Below are positions 52,301 to 61,363 of a stretch of DNA of 64,000 bases, in pieces. The position numbers were made by a program, and so were the translations under genes. Origin of the DNA: Spirochaetales bacterium (lineage in GTDB: Bacteria > Spirochaetota > Spirochaetia > SZUA-6 > JAFGRV01). Below the pieces are notes generated by a model that was not told where the DNA came from, did no database searches, and was given only the letters and a program-made list of their open reading frames with translations. The stretch covers positions 1,041 to 65,040 of the forward strand of contig JAFGHO010000067.1 of NCBI GenBank assembly GCA_016930085.1, in the 5' to 3' direction. Each line of letters opens with the position of its first letter. Within the stretch, counting starts at the first letter, position 1.

Positions 52301-52605
52301 CAACCGAATACCGGATAGATTTTTTTTATATCTTTCTGTTCGTTCCAGAATCCCGGGCCATGGAAATAGCCGGTCATCTGCGGTCTTTCTCCTCCGGTAA
52401 AATCTCCGGGTGAAAGCAGTCGGTTCCAGTAGAACTCCCATTCTCCTTTCAGCGATACGGGGCTGTCCATATTGAAATCGATATTTTGAAGGTCAAGGAC
52501 CCCCCGTTGCGCTTCAATATCTTCCCCGATACCGGAATCGCATCCGGAAAACGCAAGGAATATGAGGATTACGGGAAGAAATATGACGAGATTCCCCTTA
52601 TTCAT
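49312..52605 (-). CDS. 7TM-DISM sensor histidine kinase-receiver-adenylate/guanylate cyclase hybrid
   Basis: LKGEWEFYW sensor, 7 TM helices, SHELRTPL, NLIGNSIKFT, DTGIGI, GGTGIGL, LLDVMMP, FCDIRSF, DKYIGDGIMA and SDSVNVAARLE. Confidence 0.93.
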   Translation of the reverse strand: MNKGNLVIFLPVILIFLAFSGCDSGIGEDIEAQRGVLDLQNIDFNMDSPVSLKGEWEFYWNRLLSPGDFTGGERPQMTGYFHGPGFWNEQKDIKKIYPVFGCATFRMRVDHKAGIGLIGIYVKEIDTAYRLYIDDILLIQSGTIGTTAETHKPDILPRAEYFTPQRSGFTIILQISNFSDRHGGFTPIVMGRKIQIEQLRSRNLAMEMILFGSFLIMGLYHLALFFLRKKEKGPLFFGLFCLSLSLRTILMGERFLYTMFPGLYHFLLATEFLTVPAAAVCFSLYFHSLYPYTWYRYLNYVFMGISGLFSFSVVLLPVHVYSEIMPFYQLCIIAVGMAIIAGLLIGIAKKHKGALIFLIGFLIFFATAVNDILYYFNILKIGYFLSVGLFIFIFFQSVLLSLRFLEALTSVERLSEKLVSLDKLKDAFLANTSHELRTPLYGIIGLAESLYEGTSGKLNDTQARTISLIISSGRRLANLVNDILDFSKMKKKELVIQKKPVDLREVCDVVFVFSRPMVAQKDISLENNIPKDFPFVYGDETRLQQIMHNLIGNSIKFTESGRITVSAEQRGSEAFITVTDTGIGIPPDKLDRIFESFEQVDTSLSRPYGGTGIGLSITKQLIELQGGAITVDSVVGRGSSFTFSIPISKVQQREEDEIKASRFVDMSEYEGDLIPVEDTETLVLTAKAIKVLIVDDEQVNHEVIKTQLDPDQFELVHVLSGKDALKRLQEDTFDIVLLDVMMPGMSGYLVCKKIREKFEKHQLPIIIFTVKNLVSDLVEGLSAGANDYISKPVHKSELIARIKTHVQLAKINIAYSRFVPNGFLRLLGRDSIVEVERGDQIQRDMTIMFCDIRSFMSLSESMSPKQNFNFLNSYFEKMGPSIRKYNGYIDKYIGDGIMAIFPGNPEDALKAALEMKKMVATYNTFRVKSKYSPIQIGIGIHNGPIMLGTIGDEYRIEGTVISDSVNVAARLEALTKAYGGSIIISSSIFFSLQDPSIYFYRFLGHVQVKGKRDSVPIYEIFDNSESGQIKQKTKDFFEKGLLAYLSRDFVLAEKYFDSVLDIDSYDRAARLYRDRAREYAETGVPEDWEGQEKIDIK

Positions 52606-52935
52606 CGACGGCACCCCCCTCAAACACTCTTACTATTGTATCGACTAAAAAAAAAAGAAAAAGCAGTCATTGTTTGTCAGTAAGGTAATAAAAAAACCGG
52701 TATCCGGCGAGCTATAGCATCTGCTTTTGTATCGCCAAAAGATTCATCCGCGTGACGGTTACGGTTCATAGTATAGTTCAGCCTGGGATGAATTTCAAAT
52801 TAAAAACCGGTCCGGGATATTCCGCCGGAACGGCCGCCCCGTTATCCTCCGTCTGTTTTCATACGGGAGAAACGCCCGGTTGCCGGACGGACGGCAACCG
52901 GGCTTCAAACGAGATCGTGAGTACCCCTTTGCCCC

Positions 52936-52965
52936 TTGACTTTCAGGTGTCGCGGGATTTACAAT
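52936..52965 (+). promoter_or_regulatory. Sigma70 promoter
   Basis: TTGACT-18 bp-TACAAT, then TAAGGAGG RBS and ATG at 52998. Confidence 0.65.
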
Positions 52966-52997
52966 TGATGGTATGATGCGTCATAAGGAGGTCGTGT

Positions 52998-53516
52998 ATG
53001 AGTGACGATTATTCCCCGCCTGAAGGGATGAATGAGGGGGAAACCGTTCCGGCGGGCCGGTTATCATCGAAAAAACAATCGAGTCTCGTTCTCAATATCA
53101 TCATGATCGTTATCGGTCTTGTTTTCTTTTCAAAAGGCGTCCTCGAGTTTCTTGCCTGGCTCAAGGTTTTTCCACTGCCGGACTGGCTCAAGACGATCGC
53201 CATATCACTCGACAGCCGTGATATGGGGAACGCACTTTCGTTTCTGGGCACGCAGGGTATTATTTCAGCCACGCTGGGATTCTGGGCCGTAATCGCCGGA
53301 TTTCTCATGTTCGGGGAACAGGAGTCGGGATGGGGGATGGCGCTCGTTATCCTGAGTATCATGGTCGTGATGAGTGTGTCGGCGGTTCTCACCTGGATTC
53401 TCAATCCGAAAACACTCGATCTCGCCTACTGGCCGAACTGGATCACGATGGTCGCGATCGCAATCGGCCTGTTCGGGTTCATCTACCTGCTCGCGACAAA
53501 AAAACGGTACAGCTGA
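52998..53516 (+). CDS. Four-TM hypothetical membrane protein
   Basis: Four hydrophobic segments; strong RBS. Confidence 0.8.
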   Translation: MSDDYSPPEGMNEGETVPAGRLSSKKQSSLVLNIIMIVIGLVFFSKGVLEFLAWLKVFPLPDWLKTIAISLDSRDMGNALSFLGTQGIISATLGFWAVIAGFLMFGEQESGWGMALVILSIMVVMSVSAVLTWILNPKTLDLAYWPNWITMVAIAIGLFGFIYLLATKKRYS

Positions 53517-53569
53517 CGTTTATCGAAAAGACGATAAGCGACTGATACATTTTTTCTATCGTGTTTCGG

Positions 53570-54403
53570 ATGAAAGCCATACAAAGGCTGATGTTATATT
53601 GTTTATCCCTCCTGCTTCTCGTCGTCATCGGTTTTGTCGACAGGGTCACCGGATATGAAATATCTTTCTCGATATTCTATCTGATGCCGATCGTCATATC
53701 GAGCTGGTATCTGGGAATGCTGCCCGGAATTGTTTTTGCGGCAGCAAGCGCTGTCGTCTGGCTCGTCGTCGATATCTCGGGTAATACCGCGTATTCCTTC
53801 CCGCTGATACCATATTGGAATATGTTCGTCCGCCTCGGCTTTTTTTTCATTATCAGTATCATGCTTTCGAGACTCAAAAAAGCCATGGACAGGGAGCGGG
53901 AACAGTCGCACATCGATTTTCTGACACGGGCTTTGAATTTGCGGTCGTTTATGGAAACTTCCGCACGTGAACTCCATCGCATGAGAAGGTATCGTCGTCC
54001 CGTAACGCTGATATATCTGGATTGCGATAATTTCAAGGCCGTCAATGACCGGTTCGGGCATCAAACCGGAAATTCCCTCCTCCAGAATGTCGCAAGGACG
54101 ATAGGGGAAAATACGCGTGCAACCGACGCGTTCGCCCGCCTCGGCGGCGATGAGTTCGCGATCCTGCTGCCGGAAACGGACCAAGAGGTCGCCCTCGGGC
54201 TGGCAGGCCGTCTTTCCGGGGCATTGGAGGAATGCATGAATGAAAACGAGTGGCCGGTAACGTTCAGCCTCGGTATCGCGACCTTCAGAAGCGCTCCGGA
54301 GGATGCGGAAGCGATGTTGAGGGCCGCGGACAACCTTATGTACGAGGCGAAGAACCGGGGCAAAAACGGAAGCGTCGACAGGGTTTTCGACGAACAGAAA
54401 TAA
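53570..54403 (+). CDS. Membrane-bound diguanylate cyclase (GGDEF)
   Basis: N-terminal TM helices; DFLT, DCDNFKAVND.FGH, RATD I-site, RLGGDEF and AD..MYEAK..GKN. Confidence 0.93.
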   Translation: MKAIQRLMLYCLSLLLLVVIGFVDRVTGYEISFSIFYLMPIVISSWYLGMLPGIVFAAASAVVWLVVDISGNTAYSFPLIPYWNMFVRLGFFFIISIMLSRLKKAMDREREQSHIDFLTRALNLRSFMETSARELHRMRRYRRPVTLIYLDCDNFKAVNDRFGHQTGNSLLQNVARTIGENTRATDAFARLGGDEFAILLPETDQEVALGLAGRLSGALEECMNENEWPVTFSLGIATFRSAPEDAEAMLRAADNLMYEAKNRGKNGSVDRVFDEQK

Positions 54404-54434
54404 AACGGGGACGGTCCTGGACCGCCGCGGCGGT

Positions 54435-56747
54435 TTACCGGTACACGATGACCTCGCGGGCGGCCGGTGTGAACCTGCAGCTGCCGGAACGGCTCACTTC
54501 GATTTCAGTCCCGTCGACAAAGGCCCTGCTCATGAAAAAAGGAATCGAAAACTCGATATACTCCGGCTGGGAGGAATAGTGGTTGTCGAGTGAGAGGATG
54601 ATCCGGTCGGATTTCGCTTCAATGATAAAGGCGATGGTCCCGAAATGACTCGGCGCGTCGGCCACCTCGATGAGCTCTCCCGCCTCCATCCAGCGGTGGT
54701 AGACCAGCGGTGTAATCACCAGCCCCCCTTCTTCCTCGAAGAAGAGGAAGTTGCGTATAAGATGGAGAAGTTCCGCGCACGCCCACCCGTGGTGGCCGTC
54801 TCCCATGCACCCCCCGCCGGTGACCGGATGTATCGCTTCAGGGAAGCTTCCGGTTCCGGTGATGGTATCCATAAGCCACTGGAGAATCGGATGAAGACGG
54901 GTGGAGCGGCGAAAAAGATAGCATTCGGCGATCTGGAGGGTGAGATAGACATTATAACCCGAATGAATGACCCGGTGGAAAAATGCCTGTTTCTGCTGGT
55001 AATTTTTTCTGAGAACATGAAGCGTCCCCGTTAGCCGGTCGTCACGGGGCTCGAGAAGCCTCAACGGGTAGAGGGCGACGATGGCCCCCACGATGGAGCT
55101 GTCGATATCCCTGTTCGGCGAGGAAGGGATAAGCGGAAAGGGATATTTGTGCTGTGTTTTTTCGATTGAAGAAAATATCGCTTTTTCATAATCGTCGATT
55201 TCCCGCCGTACTTCTTCGACGGCCTTCGATTTTTCGAGTTCGGCCGCGATGGCGAGAAAGCTTTTGCATCCCGCCAGCGCCCAGAAATTATCCCAGTAGA
55301 AGGTATCGTTCGGTCCGAAGTGCTCGGCGGAATAGCCGGGGGGGAGCAGCCCGTTTTTCTTTACCCGTTTCCGCTTTATCCAGTGAAAACCGGCGTACGC
55401 CGAATCATAGATATCCTCGAGAAAGCCCCTGTTTCGCGTATAGCGATAGTGCTCGTAATACGTCCAGAGCGCCTGGCCGTTCGAATCCCATTCGCCTTCC
55501 TGGGACATGAAATACCCGTCGGGCCGCTGGCGTTCCGGGTATGCCTTGAGAATTCGCTCCGTTTCCGCGTGAAACCCCATCTTGTCGAGGGCGGTCAGCA
55601 TATACGCGTCGTCCCTGAACCATTGATGATGGTAGGTGTACGGGCCGGGCGTGATCGAGGTGCCGTCGATAAAAAGATAGAGGTGCGCCTTGTTACCGTT
55701 GAAGGTATTCTGCATTTTTTGATACGGCAGCCGGATTCGTATGCTTTTCGCCAGGCGGTGTTCCCATTCGGTGATGACCCGCCGCTTGATCTCCTGATAC
55801 GGAAGGATATCGATGAGGGTCCGGTCGACAGTACGGGAGGGCGCAGGCGCCGCCGTCGCACGGACTTCGATTTCCTTCACTTCACCGGCCTCGAGGTCCA
55901 GCCTGTATTCCGCGAAGGCGGATGCGAGACCGTGTTTGCACGAGACCGCGGTTCTCCCGCGGTCGGAAAAGGCCTCCCATGACGTATCGCCGTCATCCTG
56001 GTTGGAGCAGTACACCCTGTCCGGTTTGTCGAGGAGAAAGAGTCCGTCATTGCCGTCGACTGAGAATATATTCCTTTCTTCATCGTATTCGATACGATGG
56101 ACGAGCGATATACCTTCGGGATTGTAGGGTCTGATATTGACGAATATCGATACCGAAACGTTCTGCGTATCGAGGTTCTCGACGCTGATCGAATTGGAGA
56201 TGATCTGGCGGCCTTCGTGTTTGTGGACAAAGACCTTTGTCCGGATGCGGAGGTCCTTTTTGACGAACTGGGACACGACGATCGGCAATTGTTTAACAAG
56301 GTACTGGTAGACCTCCTGGTTTTTCGACGGGACGACCAGGTACCCCTTTTTCCCCACCCAGAAATCGGTCGACCAGGAATCGTACCACGGGGTGAGGAGT
56401 CCGGTGGGATCGACGATCGGTTCCCGTTCGGAATCGAGCGCCCCGATCGCGGTCCAGTTTCTGTGGGTGAGGTTGATCGAGAGGACGGTCCCGGGGACGT
56501 AGCTGGTGCCCGCCTCGTCGTACTGCCGCTGGACCCAGTACGGAAGGACCCAGTCGAGGTTGCACTGGATCGCGAACATGTTGAGCAGACCGCGGGAGGC
56601 GACGTCGACGCTGATCGCGGCGATCTCTTTCGGGATCGCGATCTCGGTGCTTTCTCCCAGCTTGAAACTTGCGTCGATGCGCTTCAGGGCATCGATGAGT
56701 CCGTAATGTTCCGCGAGTTTTTTAAGAAAAAAGGATCGTATTCCCAC
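54435..56747 (-). CDS. Six-hairpin glycoside hydrolase-like protein
   Basis: PGPYTYHHQWFRD, EWDSNGQ, GLLPPG.SAEH, YWDNFW, FPEAIHP and GDGHHGW. Confidence 0.7.
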   Translation of the reverse strand: MGIRSFFLKKLAEHYGLIDALKRIDASFKLGESTEIAIPKEIAAISVDVASRGLLNMFAIQCNLDWVLPYWVQRQYDEAGTSYVPGTVLSINLTHRNWTAIGALDSEREPIVDPTGLLTPWYDSWSTDFWVGKKGYLVVPSKNQEVYQYLVKQLPIVVSQFVKKDLRIRTKVFVHKHEGRQIISNSISVENLDTQNVSVSIFVNIRPYNPEGISLVHRIEYDEERNIFSVDGNDGLFLLDKPDRVYCSNQDDGDTSWEAFSDRGRTAVSCKHGLASAFAEYRLDLEAGEVKEIEVRATAAPAPSRTVDRTLIDILPYQEIKRRVITEWEHRLAKSIRIRLPYQKMQNTFNGNKAHLYLFIDGTSITPGPYTYHHQWFRDDAYMLTALDKMGFHAETERILKAYPERQRPDGYFMSQEGEWDSNGQALWTYYEHYRYTRNRGFLEDIYDSAYAGFHWIKRKRVKKNGLLPPGYSAEHFGPNDTFYWDNFWALAGCKSFLAIAAELEKSKAVEEVRREIDDYEKAIFSSIEKTQHKYPFPLIPSSPNRDIDSSIVGAIVALYPLRLLEPRDDRLTGTLHVLRKNYQQKQAFFHRVIHSGYNVYLTLQIAECYLFRRSTRLHPILQWLMDTITGTGSFPEAIHPVTGGGCMGDGHHGWACAELLHLIRNFLFFEEEGGLVITPLVYHRWMEAGELIEVADAPSHFGTIAFIIEAKSDRIILSLDNHYSSQPEYIEFSIPFFMSRAFVDGTEIEVSRSGSCRFTPAAREVIVYR

Positions 56748-56883
56748 TGCTTTTATGAGGTCATAAAACGTTCAGAATGTCAAGCGGGCGGAACCGGAAG
56801 CGGCGGTTTTGGAGAATATCAATGGGTCGGGACTTGCCCGCCCGGCCGGTTTTCCCGGCGGGCGGGCAATATATCGGTCTCAA

Positions 56884-58335
56884 TCAAAACCGGTAATGAA
56901 TCCATTCGTCGCCGTAATGTCCGTACAGCGACCATATTTCGCCGTTTGTGAGGTCATAAAGCGACCTGCTTCCCTTGACGGCCGCACGGGGGTTTGTCCC
57001 GTAATAATTGTAGGCCGGCGGATGCAGGTAATCGACGAGCCGCTTCGCCTTTTCGACATCGATACCACCGTAATTGTCAAGAAGGAGATTGGTCAGGGTT
57101 TCGTAACGCCACCGTGAGTCCGGGATGGCGGCGTTTCCGGAAAGGATCACCATCTGAGGAACGATGTAGTGATTGGCGAAGACCAGGAGGTCGGGTTTAT
57201 CCTCGATCTGTTTGGGCAAGCCGGAGATGAGGTTGTAGAACCGCGGGTAGGTGTAATCGGCGTACCGGATTTTCGTCAGGGTTGCCGATGTTTCGATCAC
57301 CGCCCCTTTGTTTTCGCTTTTTCCGCTTGCAAGGGCGATAATCCATGATATGCCGAGGTCCGCGTTCGTGATGTAATCGACACCCTCGGATAATTTTCTG
57401 CTGTACTGGAGGGCCCGTCTGTTCGCCATCAGGACACCCATTCCCACGTTCGTGACATTCGCCGCGACAGCGGGCGCCATGTCGCACCCGATACCGATCC
57501 CGTTTGCGTTCATCCCGGCAACAAGGCCGACCCAGCCCGGAAGCGTCGGTGAAACGAACCTGTAACCGTTCCGGGGACAGTATTCGACAAAGAGCATTTC
57601 CTCATGGAGATACGCGTCGGTAAACATGAAATTTCTTCCCATGAGTGTTCTTTTATCCGTTGTTCCGTTGCCGTAGACGATGAACCCGTCGCACATATGC
57701 GGTGCGAAGTTGTTTTTTATGCCGAGGACGGGCGATACGATCGGGTAGGCGACCCCGAGCAGGATGTCGAATGCGATATTGACGACCAGGATGTTGTCGT
57801 ACTCGACGGCGTATCCTTTTGCCGTGACACCGTCATATATGCCGCGCATTTCATCCCTGAACTCTTCCGGTATGTTGTCTTCGAAGATCCCCGACGTCGT
57901 CCTGAAGGCGTTGCAGACGAGTCTCGTAACCGCGGCGCCGACTTTGGACGTGAACTCCGAGGCTGTCATGTCCATGTAGTTGGCCAGAATCGTGATGATG
58001 AAATCGTCAGAGGCCAAACGGCTCACGTTACGGGCAAGAAGGTATCCGTGCTGGTACCCCATCTGGTAGCCCGTTCCTTCGATGTGAAGAAATTTTTTTC
58101 CCGCCGCATTCACAGCGAGGTATCCTTTTTTGTCCGGGGCATAGACCGGAGCGCCGAAGTCATCCGGCCCGGCGATCGACCGCGTCCCATGGGATTGTTC
58201 CACAGCCGTTTCATCACGCCCGGTCCGTTCGTCAAGCGAACAGGCGGCAAGTCCTGCGAGAAACAGCGTTACCAGAAGTAGTGCTTCGAAACGGAATAAT
58301 AACCCGTTATGTGAATGTGTTTTTTTGTGAATCAT
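56884..58335 (-). CDS. C45-family Ntn-hydrolase lipoprotein
   Basis: Lipobox LAAC; GTGYQMGYQHG, EMRGI, autoproteolysis site HM-CDGF, GRNF, GMNANG and ANHY. Confidence 0.8.
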   Translation of the reverse strand: MIHKKTHSHNGLLFRFEALLLVTLFLAGLAACSLDERTGRDETAVEQSHGTRSIAGPDDFGAPVYAPDKKGYLAVNAAGKKFLHIEGTGYQMGYQHGYLLARNVSRLASDDFIITILANYMDMTASEFTSKVGAAVTRLVCNAFRTTSGIFEDNIPEEFRDEMRGIYDGVTAKGYAVEYDNILVVNIAFDILLGVAYPIVSPVLGIKNNFAPHMCDGFIVYGNGTTDKRTLMGRNFMFTDAYLHEEMLFVEYCPRNGYRFVSPTLPGWVGLVAGMNANGIGIGCDMAPAVAANVTNVGMGVLMANRRALQYSRKLSEGVDYITNADLGISWIIALASGKSENKGAVIETSATLTKIRYADYTYPRFYNLISGLPKQIEDKPDLLVFANHYIVPQMVILSGNAAIPDSRWRYETLTNLLLDNYGGIDVEKAKRLVDYLHPPAYNYYGTNPRAAVKGSRSLYDLTNGEIWSLYGHYGDEWIHYRF

Positions 58336-58421
58336 TTTTTCCTCCTGCACGATCATGGCATGATTGTCCGATTCGGTCAAATATGTTTTAAAAAAAACGG
58401 TAAATAATACGCCAATCATAC

Positions 58422-58450
58422 TTGACATTTTATGATTTTGGGTATAGATT
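58422..58450 (+). promoter_or_regulatory. Sigma70 promoter of the leuA leader
   Basis: TTGACA-17 bp-TAGATT. Confidence 0.65.
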
Positions 58451-58483
58451 GGAATTAAAGACGCGAAAGGGATAATAGAAGCA

Positions 58484-58615
58484 ATGAGATTTTCAGGATG
58501 CGGTTTAACGTTATCACTAAACCTCCTCACCCTTACCGGCGGGCTCCTTGGTCTACAGATGGGGAGCTCGGTAGTGAAAGAGGCATGTCTGAAGATTCCA
58601 TTGCACGACATTTAG
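58484..58615 (+). CDS. Leu-rich attenuator leader peptide (43 aa)
   Basis: MRFSGCGLTLSLNLLTLTGGLLGLQMGSSVVKEACLKIPLHDI; 11 Leu, nine of them within codons 8-24. Confidence 0.75.
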   Translation: MRFSGCGLTLSLNLLTLTGGLLGLQMGSSVVKEACLKIPLHDI

Positions 58616-58639
58616 GCAATTTCAGGAATTGGAAATCGG

Positions 58640-58677
58640 AAAGCCCGCTACTGAGCTACTCAGGAGCGGGCTTTTTT
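58640..58677 (+). terminator. Attenuator terminator upstream of leuA
   Basis: AAAGCCCGCT..CTGAG-CTA-CTCAG..AGCGGGC followed by TTTTTT. Confidence 0.85.
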
Positions 58678-58704
58678 ATTTTTATACCATTAAGGAGGTG
58701 TATT

Positions 58705-60372
58705 ATGCCAAAGTATCAGCCATTTCCGAAAATCGACCTCGAGAACAGAATGTGGCCGGACGCGGCCATTACCAAAGCCCCGATCTGGTGCAGTGTCGAC
58801 CTTCGTGACGGGAACCAGGCACTTGCCACGCCAATGAATATAGAAGAGAAATTAAGAATGTTTCAGCTCCTCGTCGATGTCGGCTTCAAGGAGATCGAGG
58901 TCGGATTCCCGTCGGCGTCGCAGATCGATTTCGATTTTTTACGCCGTCTGATCGACGGTCACCTGATCCCGGATGATGTCTGGATCCAGGTGCTCACCCA
59001 GTCGCGCGAACACCTGATCCGCCGGACGATCGAAGGATTGCAGGGCGCGGGGAAGGTGATCGTTCATCTCTACAATTCGACATCGCCGCTTCAGCGGAAG
59101 GTGACCTTCAACAAGACAAAGGAAGAAATCAAGGAGATAGCGGCCACCGGAACGAAACTCGTCAAATCCCTCGTCCCGGAATTGAAAGGCGCGGAAGTGC
59201 GGTTCGAGTATTCACCCGAGAGTTTTTCGGACACGGAAACCGACTACGCCCTCGAAGTATGCGAGGCGGTGATGGACGTCTGGGAGCCGACTGAAAAAAA
59301 CAGGATCATCCTCAACCTGCCGGACACGGTGCAATGGACGACCCCGAACATCCACGCGGACCAGGTCGAATGGTTCATCCGCAACATGAAACACCGGGAA
59401 AAGGCGATCATCAGCCTGCATACCCACAACGACCGGGGAACAGGCGTGGCTGCTACCGAACTCGCCCTGCTCGCCGGCGCGGAGCGCGTCGAGGGGACGC
59501 TTTTCGGAAACGGCGAACGGACGGGAAACCTCGACATTATCGTCGTCGCGTTGAACATGTTCGCAAACGGTGTCGATCCGGGACTCGATTTCGGCAATAT
59601 CCCGGCGATCCGCAAGGTGTACGAGGAATGCACGAAAATGACCGTTCACGAACGCCACCCCTATTCCGGCGACCTCGTGTTCACCGCGTTTTCCGGTTCG
59701 CACCAGGACGCCATCAAGAAGGGGATGGACATGAGGGCCGGGAACAAGGACAAGGACTCGAAGTGGGAGGTTCCCTACCTGCCCATCGATCCGCAGGATA
59801 TCGGGCGGACCTACCAGGCGATCATCAGGATCAACAGCCAGAGCGGCAAGGGCGGGGTCGCCTACATCATGTCGAGGGATTTCGGCATCGAACTCCCCAA
59901 GGCGATGCACCCCGAAATCGGGGCCGCGGTCAACCGGCTCGCCGACGAATCGGGACGCGAGCTTTCGCCGCAGGAGATTTACGGCGTGTTCAAAAAGGAA
60001 TACCTGATGCGGGAAAAACCCCTCCGGCTCGTCACCCTTCACACCATCGAGAACGGAGCCGCCGAACACGGCGTCTCGTGCCATGCGGAAGTGGAGTATA
60101 ACGGTGAGGTGTGCGAAATAAAGGGACGGGGAAACGGTCCCATCGACGCCTTCGTCCACGCCATGCAGCAGCTGGGGATCGAAAAGTTCTCGCTCACCGA
60201 TTTTCACGAGCACGCGATTTCAAGGGGATCGGAAGCGGAGGCGGTCGCCTTCGTCCAGATCGAACGGCCCAAAGGGAGCGCCTTCTGGGGCGCGGGGGTC
60301 GACACGAACATCAGCTACGCGGGACTCAAGGCCCTCCTGAGCGCGTATAACAGGTCGGTTGCCGAGGGCTGA
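58705..60372 (+). CDS. leuA: 2-isopropylmalate synthase (yeast/actinobacterial type)
   Basis: APIWCSVDLRDGNQAL, FEYSPESF, SLHTHNDRG, GNGERTGN, SGSHQDAIKKG and GNGPIDAF; TAAGGAGG RBS. Confidence 0.96.
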   Translation: MPKYQPFPKIDLENRMWPDAAITKAPIWCSVDLRDGNQALATPMNIEEKLRMFQLLVDVGFKEIEVGFPSASQIDFDFLRRLIDGHLIPDDVWIQVLTQSREHLIRRTIEGLQGAGKVIVHLYNSTSPLQRKVTFNKTKEEIKEIAATGTKLVKSLVPELKGAEVRFEYSPESFSDTETDYALEVCEAVMDVWEPTEKNRIILNLPDTVQWTTPNIHADQVEWFIRNMKHREKAIISLHTHNDRGTGVAATELALLAGAERVEGTLFGNGERTGNLDIIVVALNMFANGVDPGLDFGNIPAIRKVYEECTKMTVHERHPYSGDLVFTAFSGSHQDAIKKGMDMRAGNKDKDSKWEVPYLPIDPQDIGRTYQAIIRINSQSGKGGVAYIMSRDFGIELPKAMHPEIGAAVNRLADESGRELSPQEIYGVFKKEYLMREKPLRLVTLHTIENGAAEHGVSCHAEVEYNGEVCEIKGRGNGPIDAFVHAMQQLGIEKFSLTDFHEHAISRGSEAEAVAFVQIERPKGSAFWGAGVDTNISYAGLKALLSAYNRSVAEG

Positions 60373-60490
60373 AACGAAGCGTCCCCGTATCGGTCTTCAC
60401 CCGAATGATCATGAACGTGGGGGGCGCGCCGCGGTTACCGGTTGACATCGGCTTCCTTTGATGTTTGCCGCCGGAGCCGGGGGCCGTCCC

Positions 60491-61258
60491 TCACTCCTTT
60501 TTCGTATAGTAGATTTCGTAGGTGAGGACTTCGTTTCCTGTTTTATGTTCGCCGGTCAGAACGACGTAATTGTTCACGAAGCCGAGGTTGAACCGGTACC
60601 CGGAATCGCCTTCCGGATAACGCCATTCGAACTCTTCGATTTTTTTCTGTGATTTGATGATGAAAACATCCTTTTGCCCGATATCCGGATGGAACCCGAT
60701 CGAAAAGACGAACTCGTCTTCGAGGGCGATGGCGATCACTGACCCCCGTAGCGCGGTGATGTAACTGTCCGGAAATTTGTGCCGGTTTATGATCTTGAAT
60801 ACCCCGTATTCGCCGGCCCATCGTTTGTCCTCCGGCCGTATCTCGTCCGAGTAATCGACACCGTGAACGGGAAGACGGTCCGGGGCCCCCTCCTCCATCG
60901 AAATATAATGGCCGTACGTCCAGCCCGCGAGGCCGTTCTTCCGCTTGATGAGGTACCAGTAGTCTTTCAGGTTGTAGACCTCATAGCGTTCGCCGGTCCT
61001 GCAGAAGACCGTGACCTCCTCACCCAGGCCGAGGTTTCCTACGATCTCCGCATTGAGGGTGGGGATGTTCCGCACCCTCACCTGGTCTTCCGTGATTTTT
61101 CCGGAAACCGCGCACGTTCCCGAAGCCATGCCGCCCGCTTCTCCGTCTGCGGACGTTCGGTCATCTGTGGTTGAGGTTTCCCGGGCCGCCTTCGGCGCGC
61201 AGCCCTGCATCAGTATGACTATAATGGAAACAAAAAGAATCGGTTTAATCGCGTTCAT
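60491..61258 (-). CDS. Bacterial SH3-domain lipoprotein
   Basis: Lipobox MQGC; VRVRNIP...IVGNL..GEEVTV..WYLI...GWTYG.YI. Confidence 0.8.
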   Translation of the reverse strand: MNAIKPILFVSIIVILMQGCAPKAARETSTTDDRTSADGEAGGMASGTCAVSGKITEDQVRVRNIPTLNAEIVGNLGLGEEVTVFCRTGERYEVYNLKDYWYLIKRKNGLAGWTYGHYISMEEGAPDRLPVHGVDYSDEIRPEDKRWAGEYGVFKIINRHKFPDSYITALRGSVIAIALEDEFVFSIGFHPDIGQKDVFIIKSQKKIEEFEWRYPEGDSGYRFNLGFVNNYVVLTGEHKTGNEVLTYEIYYTKKE

Positions 61259-61363
61259 CGCCGTCTCCCCCTCCTGTATTCAAAGACCGATTGTAACGAT
61301 ACGGCCCCCGATGATCAAGGGGGGAGGGGGCCCGTCCATGAGACATTATTTTCCCTCAGACGT

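Noticed and set aside
58336..58704. Overlapping N-terminal extensions of leuA and the C45 gene
   Set aside because: They run through promoter and attenuator DNA; both genes have strong RBSs at 58705 and 58335.
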